In this document: positions 23,753 to 38,400 of the stretch, one piece after another
How the letters are laid out: each line of letters opens with the position of its first letter
How positions within the stretch are numbered: the stretch's first letter is position 1
DNA from: Octopus bimaculoides
Lineage: Eukaryota
Reading direction: 5' to 3'
DNA: 64,000 nucleotides
Assembly (NCBI RefSeq): GCF_001194135.2
Contig: NC_068989.1
Coordinates: 8,890,486-8,954,485, forward strand
The notes under the pieces: model-generated
Databases searched by the model: none
What the model saw: the letters and a program-made list of their open reading frames with translations, nothing else
Told to the model about the DNA's origin: nothing
Position numbers and translations under genes: made by a program

Positions 23753-26700
23753 GTATTCATACAAACACACACATATATACAATTACACACATATACACAC
23801 ACATATATGCACATATACACACATACATATACACACACACATATATACACACTTATATACATGCACACACATACATACACACGTTTCAATGGTGTCTGCA
23901 TGCATGTAGGCACTGCATGGAAAGAGCATCAGAGTTATGTTAAACATGCCCAAATGACTTCAAACTGTCGTTTTTCTTATCCCCAAATCTAATCCTAATC
24001 TCCAAAAGTAAATATTCCTACCCAATAATAGAATGTCCATGATATAGAGTGATTATGATAAAAGTCAGTGTTTGTTATTCCCAATCATTTTTAATTGACT
24101 GAATTAAACGACAAAGGATTCGTTATTCAGACAGCAAATATTCAGACAACAACAATATGAAAAGGGAAAGAGAGGAAACAGCATACTTACTTTGTTTTGA
24201 AAAAGAAATAGTAAAAAGAGTAGAGATAAACATAACTTGATGTAGAAGCCCCAGCCAGAAAACTGGTCCACTGCCTGCAATACACAAACATTATTAGTAT
24301 TATTAGCTGGCCCCGTACAGCCAAAAATTACAGTCAATTGTAGTATTCTATATATAAATAAGGTACATAATCACAGATACAAACAATCACATACTTTTCT
24401 TGTACACACACACACACACACATACACGCTGTTTGATTTTTCTTTTCAGCATTGAATGTTCACCATCCCACCTCCAGTTTGATATCACCCCTTCCTTTCT
24501 TATTCATATGTGCCCATGCAGGTGGCATGTAAAAAAACACCTTTTTGAGCGCGGCCGTTGCCAGTACCGTGTGACTGGCCCTCGTGCCGGTGACACGTAA
24601 AAGCACCCACTACACTCTTGGAGTAGTTGGCGTTAAGAAGGGCATCCAGCTGTAGAAACTCTGCCAGATCAGATTGGAGCCTGGTGCAGCCTTCTGGCTT
24701 ACCAGTCCTCAGTCAAATCGTCCAACCCATGCTAGCATGGAAAGCGGATGTTAAACAATGATGATGATGTTGTGACGGAGAAAGACACATGAGTATTATT
24801 ATAGTAGATTGTTTCATTATGAATAAGCGCAGTCATACACAGTGCCATCACTTCCGGAATAAGATATATGGTACTTTGGAAGAATTTCTTTAGTGCCATG
24901 TAAAGGCATCTGTGCTGGCACTATGTAAAAAGCTCCCATGCCGGCATCATGTGTAGCACCTGTACTGGCGCCATGCACAAAGGAGCCATGCTGGTGCCAC
25001 ATTAAAAGCACCCAGTGCACCTTGAGAAGTGGATGGTGTTAGGAAAGGCATCCAGCTGTAGAAAGCAGACAATTGGAGCCTGGTGCAGTTCTCTGGCTTG
25101 ACAGCATCTGTCAAACCATCCAGTCCATGCCAGAATGGACAACAGACAGATGATGATGATGTGTATCGTTTCTAGGTAACTGGATATATTTCCTCATTAA
25201 TCAGATCATCTGCCATCAACAGATTTCATGATCAACATCAATCAATATGTGATCATGCTGATTGCCGAGCATTCGTAATATAAAATAAACTAGGTAAGTA
25301 TTGCTGAGTCGTTAAAATGAATGCATAGCTATCATTTAGTTTATCCAACATTTCAACCACAGGGATTTGGGTTCGATCCCATGTTCAGTTCCTTGGACAA
25401 ATGTAGTCTCCCATAATCTTGCATTAACCAATACACTGTGAGTGAAATATGTAAACGGAAACTGGGTGGAAGCATGTGTGTGTAGGTTAATGGTTTTGTT
25501 TTTTGTCAATGTTTGGGAAAATGCCAACAAGAAACGAAAGTTTAAAAAAAAGCACAAATTGTCAAAAATAAACCAGTGATTGATCCAATGGAAGCCTGAC
25601 CAACAATGTGGTTCTTAACTAACTGTGATATAACATTAGAAAAAAAATATGTAACAGTTAAAATATAAACAATTGCAGTGTGGAAAGTGTTTATAAGCCA
25701 TTTAAGAAACACAAAAACCGTTAGATTCACTTCAACATTTAAATTTAATTTGCCAAAATATTTTTGTCGCTTTGAAACCGTGACCTGTTCATTGAACAAA
25801 TTCCATGCTGCACAAAAATATTTTGGCAAATTAAATTTAAATGCTCAAGTGTTTTTAATGTTGTGTGTTTTTAAATGGCTTATAAACACCTTCCACACTG
25901 CAATTGTTTTTGTTTCAGCACACAATCTCAGATCAGGTCACTTGCTATGCAAGTACATCTCCATAAAGTTTAAATATAACTATATTTAAAAACGTTTTGC
26001 ACAAAACTTTTTACACACACTAACACACAATCTCTTCAAATACANNNNNNNNNNNNNNNNNNNNNNNNNNNNNNNNNNNNNNNNNNNNNNNNNNNNNNNN
26101 NNNNNNNNNNNNNNNNNNNNNNNNNNNNNNNNNNNNNNNNNNNNNNNNNNNNNNNNNNNNNNNNACCAGTAGTTACCTTAATGTATAGATAGACAAAAGA
26201 AACAATAAAATTTATGTTCATATAAAGTGAGGAAGTGTATGGCTCACAAATTTATTTCTCTTACTAATTTTATTAGTTTATGATTGGGAGCAAAAGAATT
26301 GTTATGCAACTGAGGAGATTAGCGGAGATTGCTGGAATAACTCAAAATAATTTTCAGGGGTAGCATTGTGCAGAGATAAATGTCCAATCCAGATAAAACA
26401 TGTCTTTTAACCACTGAACCCCCTTCAATACCAACCCACCTGAAACCATCTCTGGTTCTGCCACACAAGTTTCCTATTTTAAAGTGATCTAATTTAGAAC
26501 TTCCCATCAAAATTTCATGCTAATTTATCTTCCAATCACTTGCTTAATAATGACATTTTGATAAATTCTTCATTATTACTCTTTTACTTGTTTCAGTCAT
26601 TTGACTGCGGCCATGCTGGAGCACCGCCTTTAGTCGAGAAAATCGACCCCAGGACTTATTCTTTGTAAGCCTAGTACTTATTCCATCAGTCTCTTTTGCT

Positions 26701-28890
26701 GAACCGCTAAGTTATGGGGACATAAACAAACCAGCACATCGGTTGTCAAATGATGTTGGGGGGACAAACACAGACACACAAACACATGACGGGCTTCTTT
26801 CAGTTTCCGTCTACCAAATCCACTCACAAGGCTTTGGTCGGCCCGAGGCTATAGTACAAGACACTTGCCCAAGGTGCCACGCAGTGGGACTGAACCCGGA
26901 ACCATGTGGTTGGTAAGCAAGCTAATGTATTTAAACACAAATATGCTCACAAAAAGGGCTAAGCAAATATAGAAAAATTGACGTATACACTAACTCCACA
27001 AATCAATATGGCTCATATTTTATTTACAATCTCGATAGCTTTAATTGAATAGTTCTGTAAATTTTGTACGAGGGAAAGGGGGTTATACCATGTTTTTCAC
27101 TTCAGTTATTTTTTAATAACTTTCAGTGATTCGTTCTGTGGGCTAATGACCAAGCTAGGAACAAATGGTTATGTGTCTAGAAGAAAAGAGCCCCCAACAA
27201 TAGATGTGGCAATATATCAATCCAAAGGCCTGTGTCCAACCCACAGAGCTAGATTTTTGTACATCTGAACAATATTCACATTAGTACATAATCTGGTTCA
27301 GCTTAACAATCTATACTAAGTATCAAATTTATTTTAAGCAATCAATCAATCAAACAACAGCTGAATGTGTAAAGGATTAAAATTTTTTTTTGAAATAAAA
27401 AAGCAGCTTTAAAGTGGACCACTAAAGACTTATTTTAATCAATATATTGAACACACATGGTAATTTTGCAATCCTTGATTGTCAACTTTTACTGCAAGTA
27501 GCACAAATACCCGACCACTGCCTGTGGTTATTAATTCTTCAAATAAATACCATCACATGAATTCACTATTTTTGGGAATAATTATTTTTTTTTTTTTAAT
27601 GCTGATAATTTTTTATTGGTCCAAGAATGCGGAATTGCTACATCCAAGCCAAGCAGAAGACAGTTCAAGTTCTAGCTACACAAAAATGAGTGAAAAATTA
27701 ATAACAATTACCATAATAATTTCACGTCCACTTTTTCGTGGTTGCATGAGTCAGGCAGAATTTTTGGAGGTAGATTTTCTGCAATCAGATACCCTTTTTA
27801 TCACTAACACTCACCCCTTTACCTTCTGTTTTTTTTATTGTTGTTGTTTATTACAATTAGAATTAGTTGGAAGAATTTGTTGTTAATCTAAACAGCTATC
27901 TAAATTATTAGAAGTACATTTATTGTCACCAGGAAACGTTACATGGCAGCAGTGTTTCTCATAGGAGAGGCAGTTCAACCTCTGGCAGAATTGTGAAAGG
28001 ATTTAAAAGAAGGGAACACAAATTGTCAATTGTAACAAAATTAAGCCAGTTGACATCAATAAAGTTCAGAACTCTTTATAACATACCTAAAACTCAACAG
28101 CAGGTCTCTCTTCTATTAACAGCAACAAAATATACACAAAACAAAACTGGGAGATCTTTGTGAGGTGAGGTAGATTATCAAACTCATCATCATCATCAGT
28201 ATTAACTGACCCCTACTCATATTTGTAGTTTCTCGTCATTTCTCTTCTACTATTATCATTATCATTGTTCGATCACCATTATCATTGTAATCAGAATATG
28301 AACCATAGGAGAGACATTCAAGGAAATGGAGAATTGATACTGGTGTGGTACTTACCATCGATAATCTTCAGCATTGAGCAGGAAATATGTACAGACAATG
28401 GTCACACAAATGGTAACAATGGCAAGGATCAGAAATACCAGTAACATAAAGCCATAGACATAATAGATCTTATAGGCCCAGAATGATGTGAAGATAAAGT
28501 ACCTGAAATAGAAAGAGAACTGAGATGCAGCCAATGTTGGAATGTAATGTAAGGTTGAACATAGCAACCAAGAGGTTCTATGCTGTCTCCTGAGATAGGG
28601 GGGGGGGGCAATATTAAAGGCGAGTGGAATGGAGATGTTAACACAGGAAATACAGGTGTTCAAAGGAGACTGGAGGAAGGAGGTCACAAACAGAGAAGAA
28701 TAGAGAGGGAGAAAAAGACAAGAGATAAAGGAAGAGAATGAGAGAGGAAAGATAAAATGGTGAGACAGAAAGGCAGAGAGAGATTAAGAAAGCAGAAGGG
28801 AGAAAATAGTAAGAAGAGAAAAGACCAGAGAAAATAAGAATTGTAAGGCACAATCAATGAAGGCATAAAGAGAATGCCAATTTCAAGAGC

Positions 28891-28929
<39 letters not shown>

Positions 28930-29461
28930 ACGGGCAGGAACAGACATATTAAAAGGAAACATCTAAAGTCATGGTCAAAGATCAAAGAAAAACTTACATT
29001 TCAATGAAGATGGAACCAAACGGAAGAACTCCACCCAGTATAATGATCACAGCTGGTTCCATAAACCTGGATAGAAACAATAGCAGGATTGTTATTATAA
29101 TAATAATAATGATGATGATCATCATCATCATCGTCTAACGTCCGCTTTCCATGCTAGCATGGGTTGGACGATTTGACTGAGGACTGGTGAAACCAGATGG
29201 CTACACCAGGCTCCAAGTGGAAATAAATTACTATTATCATTATTATTATGTAAGGTGATGAGCTGGCAGAATCATTAGCATGCTGGACGAAATGCTTAGT
29301 GGCATTTCACCAATCACTATGTTCTGAGTTCAAATTCTGCTGAGGTCAACTTTGCCTTTCATCCTTTCAAGGTTGATATATCAAGTACCAGTAAAACATT
29401 GGGGTCGACGTAATCAACTAGTCCCCTTCTACCAAATTTGATGCCTTGAGTCTCCAGTAGA

Positions 29462-29493
<32 letters not shown>

Positions 29494-32400
29494 AGGTGGC
29501 AAGGTAGCAGAATCATTAGCATCTTGAATTCAAATACTGCCAAGGTTGACTTTGCCTTACATCCTTTTGGGGTCAATAAATTAAGTACCAGTGAAACACT
29601 AGGGTCAATATAATCGACTGGTCCCCTCCCTGCAAATTTTAGGATTTGTGCCTTTAGTAGAAAGGACTATTATTAATATTATTAGGGCAGTAAGCTGGCT
29701 GAATCTTTAGCATGCTTGTACATGCTACATAACCACGTCTGCACCTGGTTTTATAAACTCTGTACATACTAATGAAGCATCTGTAATATCATCATCATTT
29801 AACATCTATTTGCCATGCTGGCAGGGATTGGATGGCTTGACAAGAGCTGACAAGGCCTGTAGCTGCTCCTGGTTCCATAGTCTGTTTTGGTCTGGTTTCT
29901 ACAGCTGGATGCCCTTCCTAATGCCAGCCACTTTACAGTGTAGACTGGATGCTTTGGCACCAGCATCAGTGCTTTTTATATGGCACTGTCATGATTATAA
30001 CTATTTTATTTTTCAAAATTAGCTTTTGCAAAGACATGTGACATTTCTACCATTGGTAATACAGGAGAAATGGAAAGGCGCCAACTGAAATCAGAATGCT
30101 AACTGAACTTGTCAAAGGTTTACCCCAGCTCTTTAGGACTTCCTATTTTTATGAATCAAAACAGGAAATGGCAGAGATACACATTTTCCTGACTCGAGTC
30201 AATAAAGTTACTGATTTCAGTTAATATTCTGCCTACAATGTCGGGTCGTCAGTGACTCCCCACATTCTTAACATGGCACAAAATAGGCTTGGTAAACCAG
30301 GTGTTAGAGGTATGATGCAGTTATGGTAACAAGATTTGAATCGACATCCATTTTTTTCCCCACTAACCCAGCACCTGAATCACTGAGTTTGCAAATACCT
30401 ACATTGAATAAAAAAATGTTTTTAAATAAATAAGAAACTAAGTTTTTAATTTGGAGCATGGTTTACTTACCATTTCTTCTCTGGAATTGGTCTCGGCACA
30501 GCATTGATACGGCAAGGATAGTTGGGCTGTCCAGCTAAGTTCCTCCCAAGAACAGTCCCGACCAAAGTCAATGGTAAAATGACAAACAAGCAAATGCATG
30601 TTATAGCAACCTGCCAATACAAAATAAAGTAATATATGTAATGTATGTAAAGGGATGGAAGCAGAAAGAAATAGCTATAAAGAGAGGGAGGAAGAAACAG
30701 AGGGAAAGAGAGAGAGAATGACTCATTCATGTGGTGGTGGAATCCAAACACCCTCAGTGAATGGATGGTTCTAAATTCCATAAGTACGCATGCATGCTGG
30801 AGATACCAAAAACAGTGTAGCATGAACAGACAGTCATAGAAGTCGTTTGAAAGGGGCCGGATTCTAACAAGCGATGCAGACAAGTGCATTCGCAACAAAG
30901 AAAGGCTGCCGTGTTCCATGACTTTGGTGTCAACCAAATCCACTTTTCTTTACATTTTCAAAATGCATAGAGATGACTAATTCATCACCGATTTGTTTAT
31001 CAATGTGTATTTTGGAGGCTATCCTCCATGGTAAATGAGGATAGATATACAGTGTTATTAGAGCAATCAGTAAGTGGACAGAAAGGAAAAGGAAAGACTA
31101 AAAACAGAGAAATGATATGACTTACCATAGTGCCAAATGGAATTGCTCTGGATGCATGGTAATAAATGGCTATGAAGTTGATGAAAAAGGCTGTACCACA
31201 CACCAAAATAGGGAGGAGAAAGGCACTAAGCATCATTTGCTTGATCCATACTTTACCTAAAAGAAAATAGTTAACGATATAGTAATGTTATCAGTCCGAA
31301 TAAGCTCCCTCAACAAATCACAGAAATTTAGTTTGATTAATTTACTACAAATGCTAGTCAAAAGGATGATTAAAAAAAAAAAACAAGAATGTAAATCAGT
31401 GAGGGATACAAATTATCCTAGTATTGCCAGTGCCCCTGGACTGGCTTGTGCGGGTGGCACATAAAAGACACCATTTCGAGCGTGGCCGTTGCCAATATCG
31501 CCTGACTGGCCTTCGTGCAGGTGACACGTAAAAGCACCTACTACACTCTCTGAGTGGTTGGCATTAGGAAGGGCATCCAGCTGTAGAAACTCTGCCAAAT
31601 TTAGATTGGAGGCTGGTGTTGCCATCCGGTTTCACCAGTCCTCAGTCAAATCGTCCAACCCATGCTAGCATGGAAAGCGGATGTTAAACGATGATGATGA
31701 TGAAGGCTTTATTTAGTTGTTTTATGTAATTTCAACATCCAAACGTGGCCAATGCCAGTACTCACTGACTGGCTCTTGTGCTGGTGGCACATAAAAAACA
31801 CAATCCAAACATGACCAATGCCCGGCTCGCCTGACTGGCTCCTGTGCCGGTGAAACGTAAAAAGCACACACTACACTCTCGGAGTGGTTGGCTTTGGGAA
31901 GGGCATCCAGCTGTAGAAACATTGCCAGATCAGATTGGAGCCTAATGCTGTCGCTGGCTCTCCAGACCTCAGTCAAACCGTCCGAGCCATGCCAGCATGG
32001 AAAACAGACATTAAACGATGATGATGATGATGACTGAGTTGCTAGAATAGAGTTGTTAGAACAGGGTAGATAATAAGAAATAAGGAAGTTAGAAGGTGTG
32101 CCAATAGTTTCTGACAGCTGTTTCAAGAACAGATGCACAAATGGTGCACTTCCCAGCAAACAAAGATAAGATATTCATATAGCAGCAGTCTATACCATCT
32201 TCAGAAAGAAGAAATAAGGCAGTTCCTCAATCACTTTACAGAGTGTATTGTATGCTTTTTACATAACACCATCACCAGAGCTTTTACGTGGTGCCATCAC
32301 CAGTGCTTTTTACACAGCACCATCACTAGTGCATTTAACGTGATGTCAGCACCAGAGCTTTTTACGCAGCACCATCACCAATGCTTCTAACATGGCATCA

Positions 32401-35400
32401 TCACCAATGCTTCTAACATAGCACCATCACTTGTGCGTTTAACGTGATGCCAACATCAGAGTTTTTTATGTGACACCAGCACCGACAAGGTGATTAAGTA
32501 CCTTACAAAAGATAAAAACCCCTCAACTGGAGAGTTTTGTCTTGCAAATAATTCTAAGTTTTTTCGCATTCAATTTTACATAACCATAAATACATTACTT
32601 AGAAGATCCCTCACTGATGCGTAAACTAGAAGTAGTTTTGAAGGGGGAAGAAAGAAATAAAAGAAATGAGCAAAGGACGCATGAAGAAAATAAGAAATCA
32701 TAGCGCATGGAATCTATGTATTACCTCCCATACGAGCATAAAGACTGCCACCAAAATAGCCATTTACAGGAGCTGTGGCAGCATATACAAATATAGCAGT
32801 ACTCAGCAGAGATCCTCGCCTGCAGAGAGAAAAAGAGAAGTAAAGATAAGACAATTCAGAAAACAATTTATTTTATAAAAACAAATATAGTTGAATAGTC
32901 TGGCAACAAAATAGTGTCAAAAATGGATTTTGTTTATCAGTCTAGCAATATGAGAAATGTGACATGTGTTTGTAAGAACCGGCTAACAATGTGTTACATC
33001 TCTATAGTCCAGTTATGGGCCTTTTATTTTGACATTGGTACGTGATTGCCCATATGTTACCATGTACAATAAATCAATTCAAAATAACTATGATAATGTA
33101 CAACAGAAGAGAAATGACAAACTACTCACTCAGTGTAAAGTTCTCCCAAAATGGCAAACGAGATAACACAAGTAGCAACGACCCCTATGTGGTAACCTGT
33201 GCCGACCAATGCTGAAAACAACATTGGATGGGAAGCTGGACGGAATACATCCCCATGGACCTGTTTCCAACCATACTCATCACCAAGATCTTTCTCCTAA
33301 AAATCAAGAAGAAACATTAACAATAAAACAACCATCATTCTAAGATCATATTGAAGGTCCCTACGTGAAATACCAGTTTACTCTTGAGTTTACCCCTGGA
33401 TCAGTTCCAAGCACAGCAGTTATTACACAAGCATGAATTACAAACATAAATTACAACTGGATACAAAATTGTTTAGTGCATCAACATCAGTGACAACTCA
33501 TCTCTTCTTCTTAGCTCATTTATTCCTGGAAGGGTCATGGGGGCAGAGTCCTCCAGTATGCCTGTTAGAAGCAACTGCTCCCCAAGTGAGACCAATCAAG
33601 CTCATGGACGCTATCCAATGATCTAGCTAGTGATCTACCCCTAGGTCTCTTGCAGGTTGGTTTTGCTGTTAAAACTTGTCTAGCAATTCTTTCCCTCCTG
33701 AGACAGCCTTACCACATGTCTGTAGTACAGGAGTTGTGATCTCTCAATTCGGAGAAGCAGTGGCTCTGCCTGGAGTGCCTCTCTGATCTTCAAACTCCAC
33801 ACCCTATCAAGTAACTTTACTCCAAAGACCCTTTGGAGGAACCCCTTCTCAGCGGCTATAATTCTCTCCTGCAATAATTAGCCAACGCTTTTGACATTCA
33901 AACACTCCGACAATACCTGCCCATGTACTTATTTAATCTGTCTCTAAAATCTCTCTAAGTAAATTTAATTTGGTTTTGAATTCTTCAACCATCATCCGTT
34001 TTCCATGCTGGCATGGGTTGGACAGTTTGACAGGAGCTGGCAAGCCAGAGGACTGAACCAGACCCCAATCATATGTTTTGGCATAGTTTCTACAGCTGGA
34101 ATCCATTCCTAATGCCAACCACTTTACAGAGTGTACTGGGTGCTTTTTATGAGGCACAAACATGGCTGCTCTTTACGTGGCACCAGCACAGGTGCTTCAT
34201 ACGTGGAGCCAACACAAGTACTTTTTACAAGGTGTCAGTATGTAATGGAGAATAAAATATCAAACTCAAGCAATCTGTTCTATTTAACAATAGCTTTCTG
34301 CTTAACTCTTCTTCTCTATCTCACACCGTAACCCCTTGCCACGAAAGATTGATTTACAAATTCATACATTTCAACAAGGACAAATTAGGTAACTATCAAA
34401 AACCTCACTAACACGACGTTGAATATATTCCAACTAGGTCACAGTTTCTATCAATAGTACAAAACCAGGAGAAACTTTAAGATCCTGATAGTTGACAAAA
34501 CATTTATTTACTATAACTGTTTTGCTAACAGCAGATGTGTCTATTTGCAAAACTACAGATGGTCTGGAGTTGTCATGTTGGCATCAATAAACTATCCCAC
34601 ATGGTACATAAAACATAGTCAAACTCAGTAGACGTAAAGCTAACTAAGAGCACGATCAGTATTGGGTAAAAATCACAAACATGAAGGGCAACAGCTGCTC
34701 GGTTTTTCTTTTCCTCTACCTTTCTAAACTAGTTAGCTGCGCTGCATACCCTCATCAGAGACTCACCTGGCCCGGCTTGGCAAGCATTTAAGCTGAACCT
34801 CAACCAGTCTGAGAAGGAATACAAAAGGAGGGAGGGGGAGAAAAGGAGGGGGATAGANNNNNNNNNNNNNNNNNNNNNNNNNNNNNNNNNNNNNNNNNNN
34901 NNNNNNNNNNNNNNNNNNNNNNNNNNNNNNNNNNNNNNNNNNNNNNNNNNNNNNNNNNNNNNNNNNNNNNNNNNNNNNNNNNNNNNNNNNNNNNNNNNNN
35001 NNNNNNNNNNNNNNNNNNNNNNNNNNNNNNNNNNNNNNNNNNGGGGATGGGTGGGGAAGGAAAGTGGTAGAGGAGGGAAGGAGACAGGAAGGAGACAGGA
35101 AGGAGACAGGAAGGAAAGAAGGAGGGAAGAAAGGAGGGAAGGAAAGAAAGAAGGAAGGAGGGAAGAACAAATGAACAAAGGAAAACTAGGGCGATGGAGG
35201 TGGTGAATGTAATTCTTTTCAAACCACCAAAAGTTACCAGCTTGTTCCTTCCAGTCTAAACTAGCTCTTCCAGAGGAAGGAATGAGGCTGCTGTTCTAAA
35301 AGAGGTCAAATGAAGAGAAGCTCAAGCCTCTTCATACAGATCTATAAACAACTGGTGCCCCAGCATGATCGGTGGTGCCCCAGTATGACCATAGCTTTAA

Positions 35401-38400
35401 AGCTGAAACAGGTTAAAGAGTTAATTGCAGCAGGTAGATCCCTAGTTGAACATACATACCTATAAGGCGGTGAGCTGGCAGAAATGTTAACGTGTCGGGC
35501 AAAATGCTTAGCAGTATTTCGTCTGCCGTTACGTTCTGAGTTCAAATTCCGCCGAGGTCGACTTTGCCTTTCATCCTTTCAGGGCTGATAAATTAAGTAC
35601 CAGTCACGTACTGGGGTTGATCTAGTCGAATAGCCCCCTGCCAAAAAGTTTCGGGTCTTGTGCATAGAGTAGAAAAGAACATATATACCCATACAACTAG
35701 ATCCAGAAACTCTGTGCACCAATGAAGCAGACAAGAGAGAGACAGCATCTCAACATTGACAAAGAAGAGATAAATCACCATCATCATTTAATGTCTGTTG
35801 TCCATGCTGGCATGGGTTGGACAGTTTGACCAAAGCTGGCAAACTGGAAGGCTGCACCAGACTCCAGTCTGATTTGGCATGGTTTTTTACGGCTGGATGC
35901 CCCTCCTAATGCCAACCACTCTGAGAGTGTAATTGGTGCTTCTACATGCCATTTGTGTGACACTGGTGTGCGTTTACGTGTCACTGGCACAAGTGCCAAT
36001 TTGTGTGACACCGGTATCTGCCACGACTAAGATTTTGCTCAGCTTGATGGGTCTTCTTCTCAAGCATACAGTTTCCATCTACCAAATTCACTCACATGGT
36101 TTTGGTTGGCCTGAAGCTATAGCAGAAGTCACCTGCCCAAGGTGCAACACAGTGGGACTGAACCTGGAACCATATGGTTAAGAAGCTTCTTATCACACAG
36201 CCAAGACCTTCGAGAGTTAGTTGAATGAGGGCAGTGATCATTATAGTAATAAGATACTAGTGTAAAATTTTGGGGCTTTACTTTAGTTGGAAGAGCAGTG
36301 ATACTGACTTTTGCAGACTCGTCCAGAACAACACTGATCATAAAGACATATTATGACAGGTAAAGAAAAAATATATAAATTAAAATGAGAATATCTGAAA
36401 AGAACTCAACAGCTCTCTCAAACGAGAATATAGATTGGTGTGTAAAATTATGAATATATGTGAGTATACTGTAAGGTGTTAATATGCATGTATAATACAT
36501 AATATAAGGGAGGTAATCAGAGAAAGACTTGAAAGTGCATGTAAGATCGTAATGCTTCAGGTGAAGTGAAGTAAATGTAACAAGTACCAGAATCCTTGTC
36601 CAGTACCGGATCGATCCCAAAATCTAACCAGCTCTTGCTAGTCACGAGGCCAAACATCCCTGAAAATTACATCTGAATCCATCCAGTGGTTCTTGAGATA
36701 TTGTGTCCACGGACAGACAAAGAAACAAACACAACTGAAAACAATACCTCCGCCTTTGCTAAGGCAGAGGTAATTAATAAATAAATAAATAAATAAATAA
36801 ATAAATGATGCTTACCATGTCATCAAGATCTTCTTCACGGCTGTAACGAGCATAATCTTTACGTAAGGTCCTCATAAGGATCATACTGACAAGGCCAACC
36901 AAAAAGATCACCATCATGAAAGAATTGAAGATACTGAACCAATGAATCTAAATAGAGAAAAGCAAAATTATACTTTTAATGAATTATAGATGGTGGGTGG
37001 AGATGGACAGACAGACAGACTAGAGTGTAATAATATTCACAGAGGACACAAAGAAATACAGAGCTTGACAGGTAAACAACAAAACCTTATTGTCTCAAGT
37101 CCAGGGACTCGTAGGGACAGTTCCCTGATTTTCATGGCTTATAAGAGACCAAAATCACAACATTCTCTCTAAATAGGACAACAGTCTGTCGCAGAGTTAT
37201 GCATTTATATCTGAGTGGAGTGGAGCGACATGAAATGAAGTAAGGAATAAAAAGTTTTGAATGGTACAACAATGCACTATAATACAAAAAATGGACTGTA
37301 TACCTGTAATTTAGTTATCCATAGTCTGATATTTCGGAATACAATTCCTTCTTCAGATATTCTTAGATGGAGTCGCTGGAAAACTGATTATAGCAACAAC
37401 TCCATCTAAGAATATCTGAAGAAGGAATTGTATTCCAAAATATCATCAGACTATGTAAAGACATTTGAGCGAGATCGTTGCCAGTGCCGCTGAACTGGCT
37501 CCTGTGCAGGTGGCACGTAAAATACTATTTTGAGCGTGGCCGTTGCCAGTACCATCTGACTGGCCTTCGTGCAGATGGTACTGGCAACGGCCACGCTCAA
37601 AATGGTATTTTACGTGCCACCTGCACAGGAGCCAGTTCAGCGGCACTGGCAACGATCTCGTAGATTTTCAATGTCGGATGCCCTTCCTGTCAGCACCCGT
37701 CACCAGTTTCCAGGTAAGGTAATATTTCCTCACAGCCAGACATATTTTTGTGGAAGATTGGAAATGAACATTGCTTGCATAATGGTGATGCTTGTTTACA
37801 ACCATCAGGTGATGTCAAGATAAACACACAAAGTAGAAGACACTTGCCCAAGGTGCCATGCAGTGGAATTGGACCCAAGGCCACATGGTTAGAAAGCAAG
37901 CTCCTTAACTATTACATAGTCACACCTGTGCACCATCATCATCATCATCATCGTTTAATGTCTGCTTTCCATGCTGGCATGAGTTGAACAGTTTGACTAA
38001 GGACTGGCAAGCCAGGAAGCTGCACCAGGCTCCAATCTGATCTGGCAAGGTTTCTACAGCTGGATGCCTTTCCTAATGCCAACCACTCCAAGACTGTAGT
38101 GGGTGCTTTTTACATGCTGCTAACACAGGGGCCAGTCAGGTGGCACTGACATCAACCACGCTCAAATGTTGCTTTTTACATGCCACCAAGCATGGGTGCC
38201 AGTCAGGCAGCAATGGCATCGGCCATGACTATGATTTCACTTGACTCAACAGGTCTTCTCAAGCACAACATATTACCCAACGATTGAAGGGTACTTCTAA
38301 ACAGGCCAGTTATACGACACTGGCATCGGTCACGGCTACAATCTCACTTGGCTTGCCAGGTCTTCTCAAGCACGGCATATCCCCAAAGGTTTTGGTCGTT

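Noticed and set aside
30467-30943. 158-aa ORF as a single long exon
   Set aside because: Only 30471-30610 is TM9SF3-like and bounded by splice sites; the remainder is intron read-through.
32666-32878. Plus-strand ORFs over exons (also 52942-53220 on minus in another frame, and 24104-24337)
   Set aside because: Antisense or alternative-frame shadows of TM9SF3 exons.
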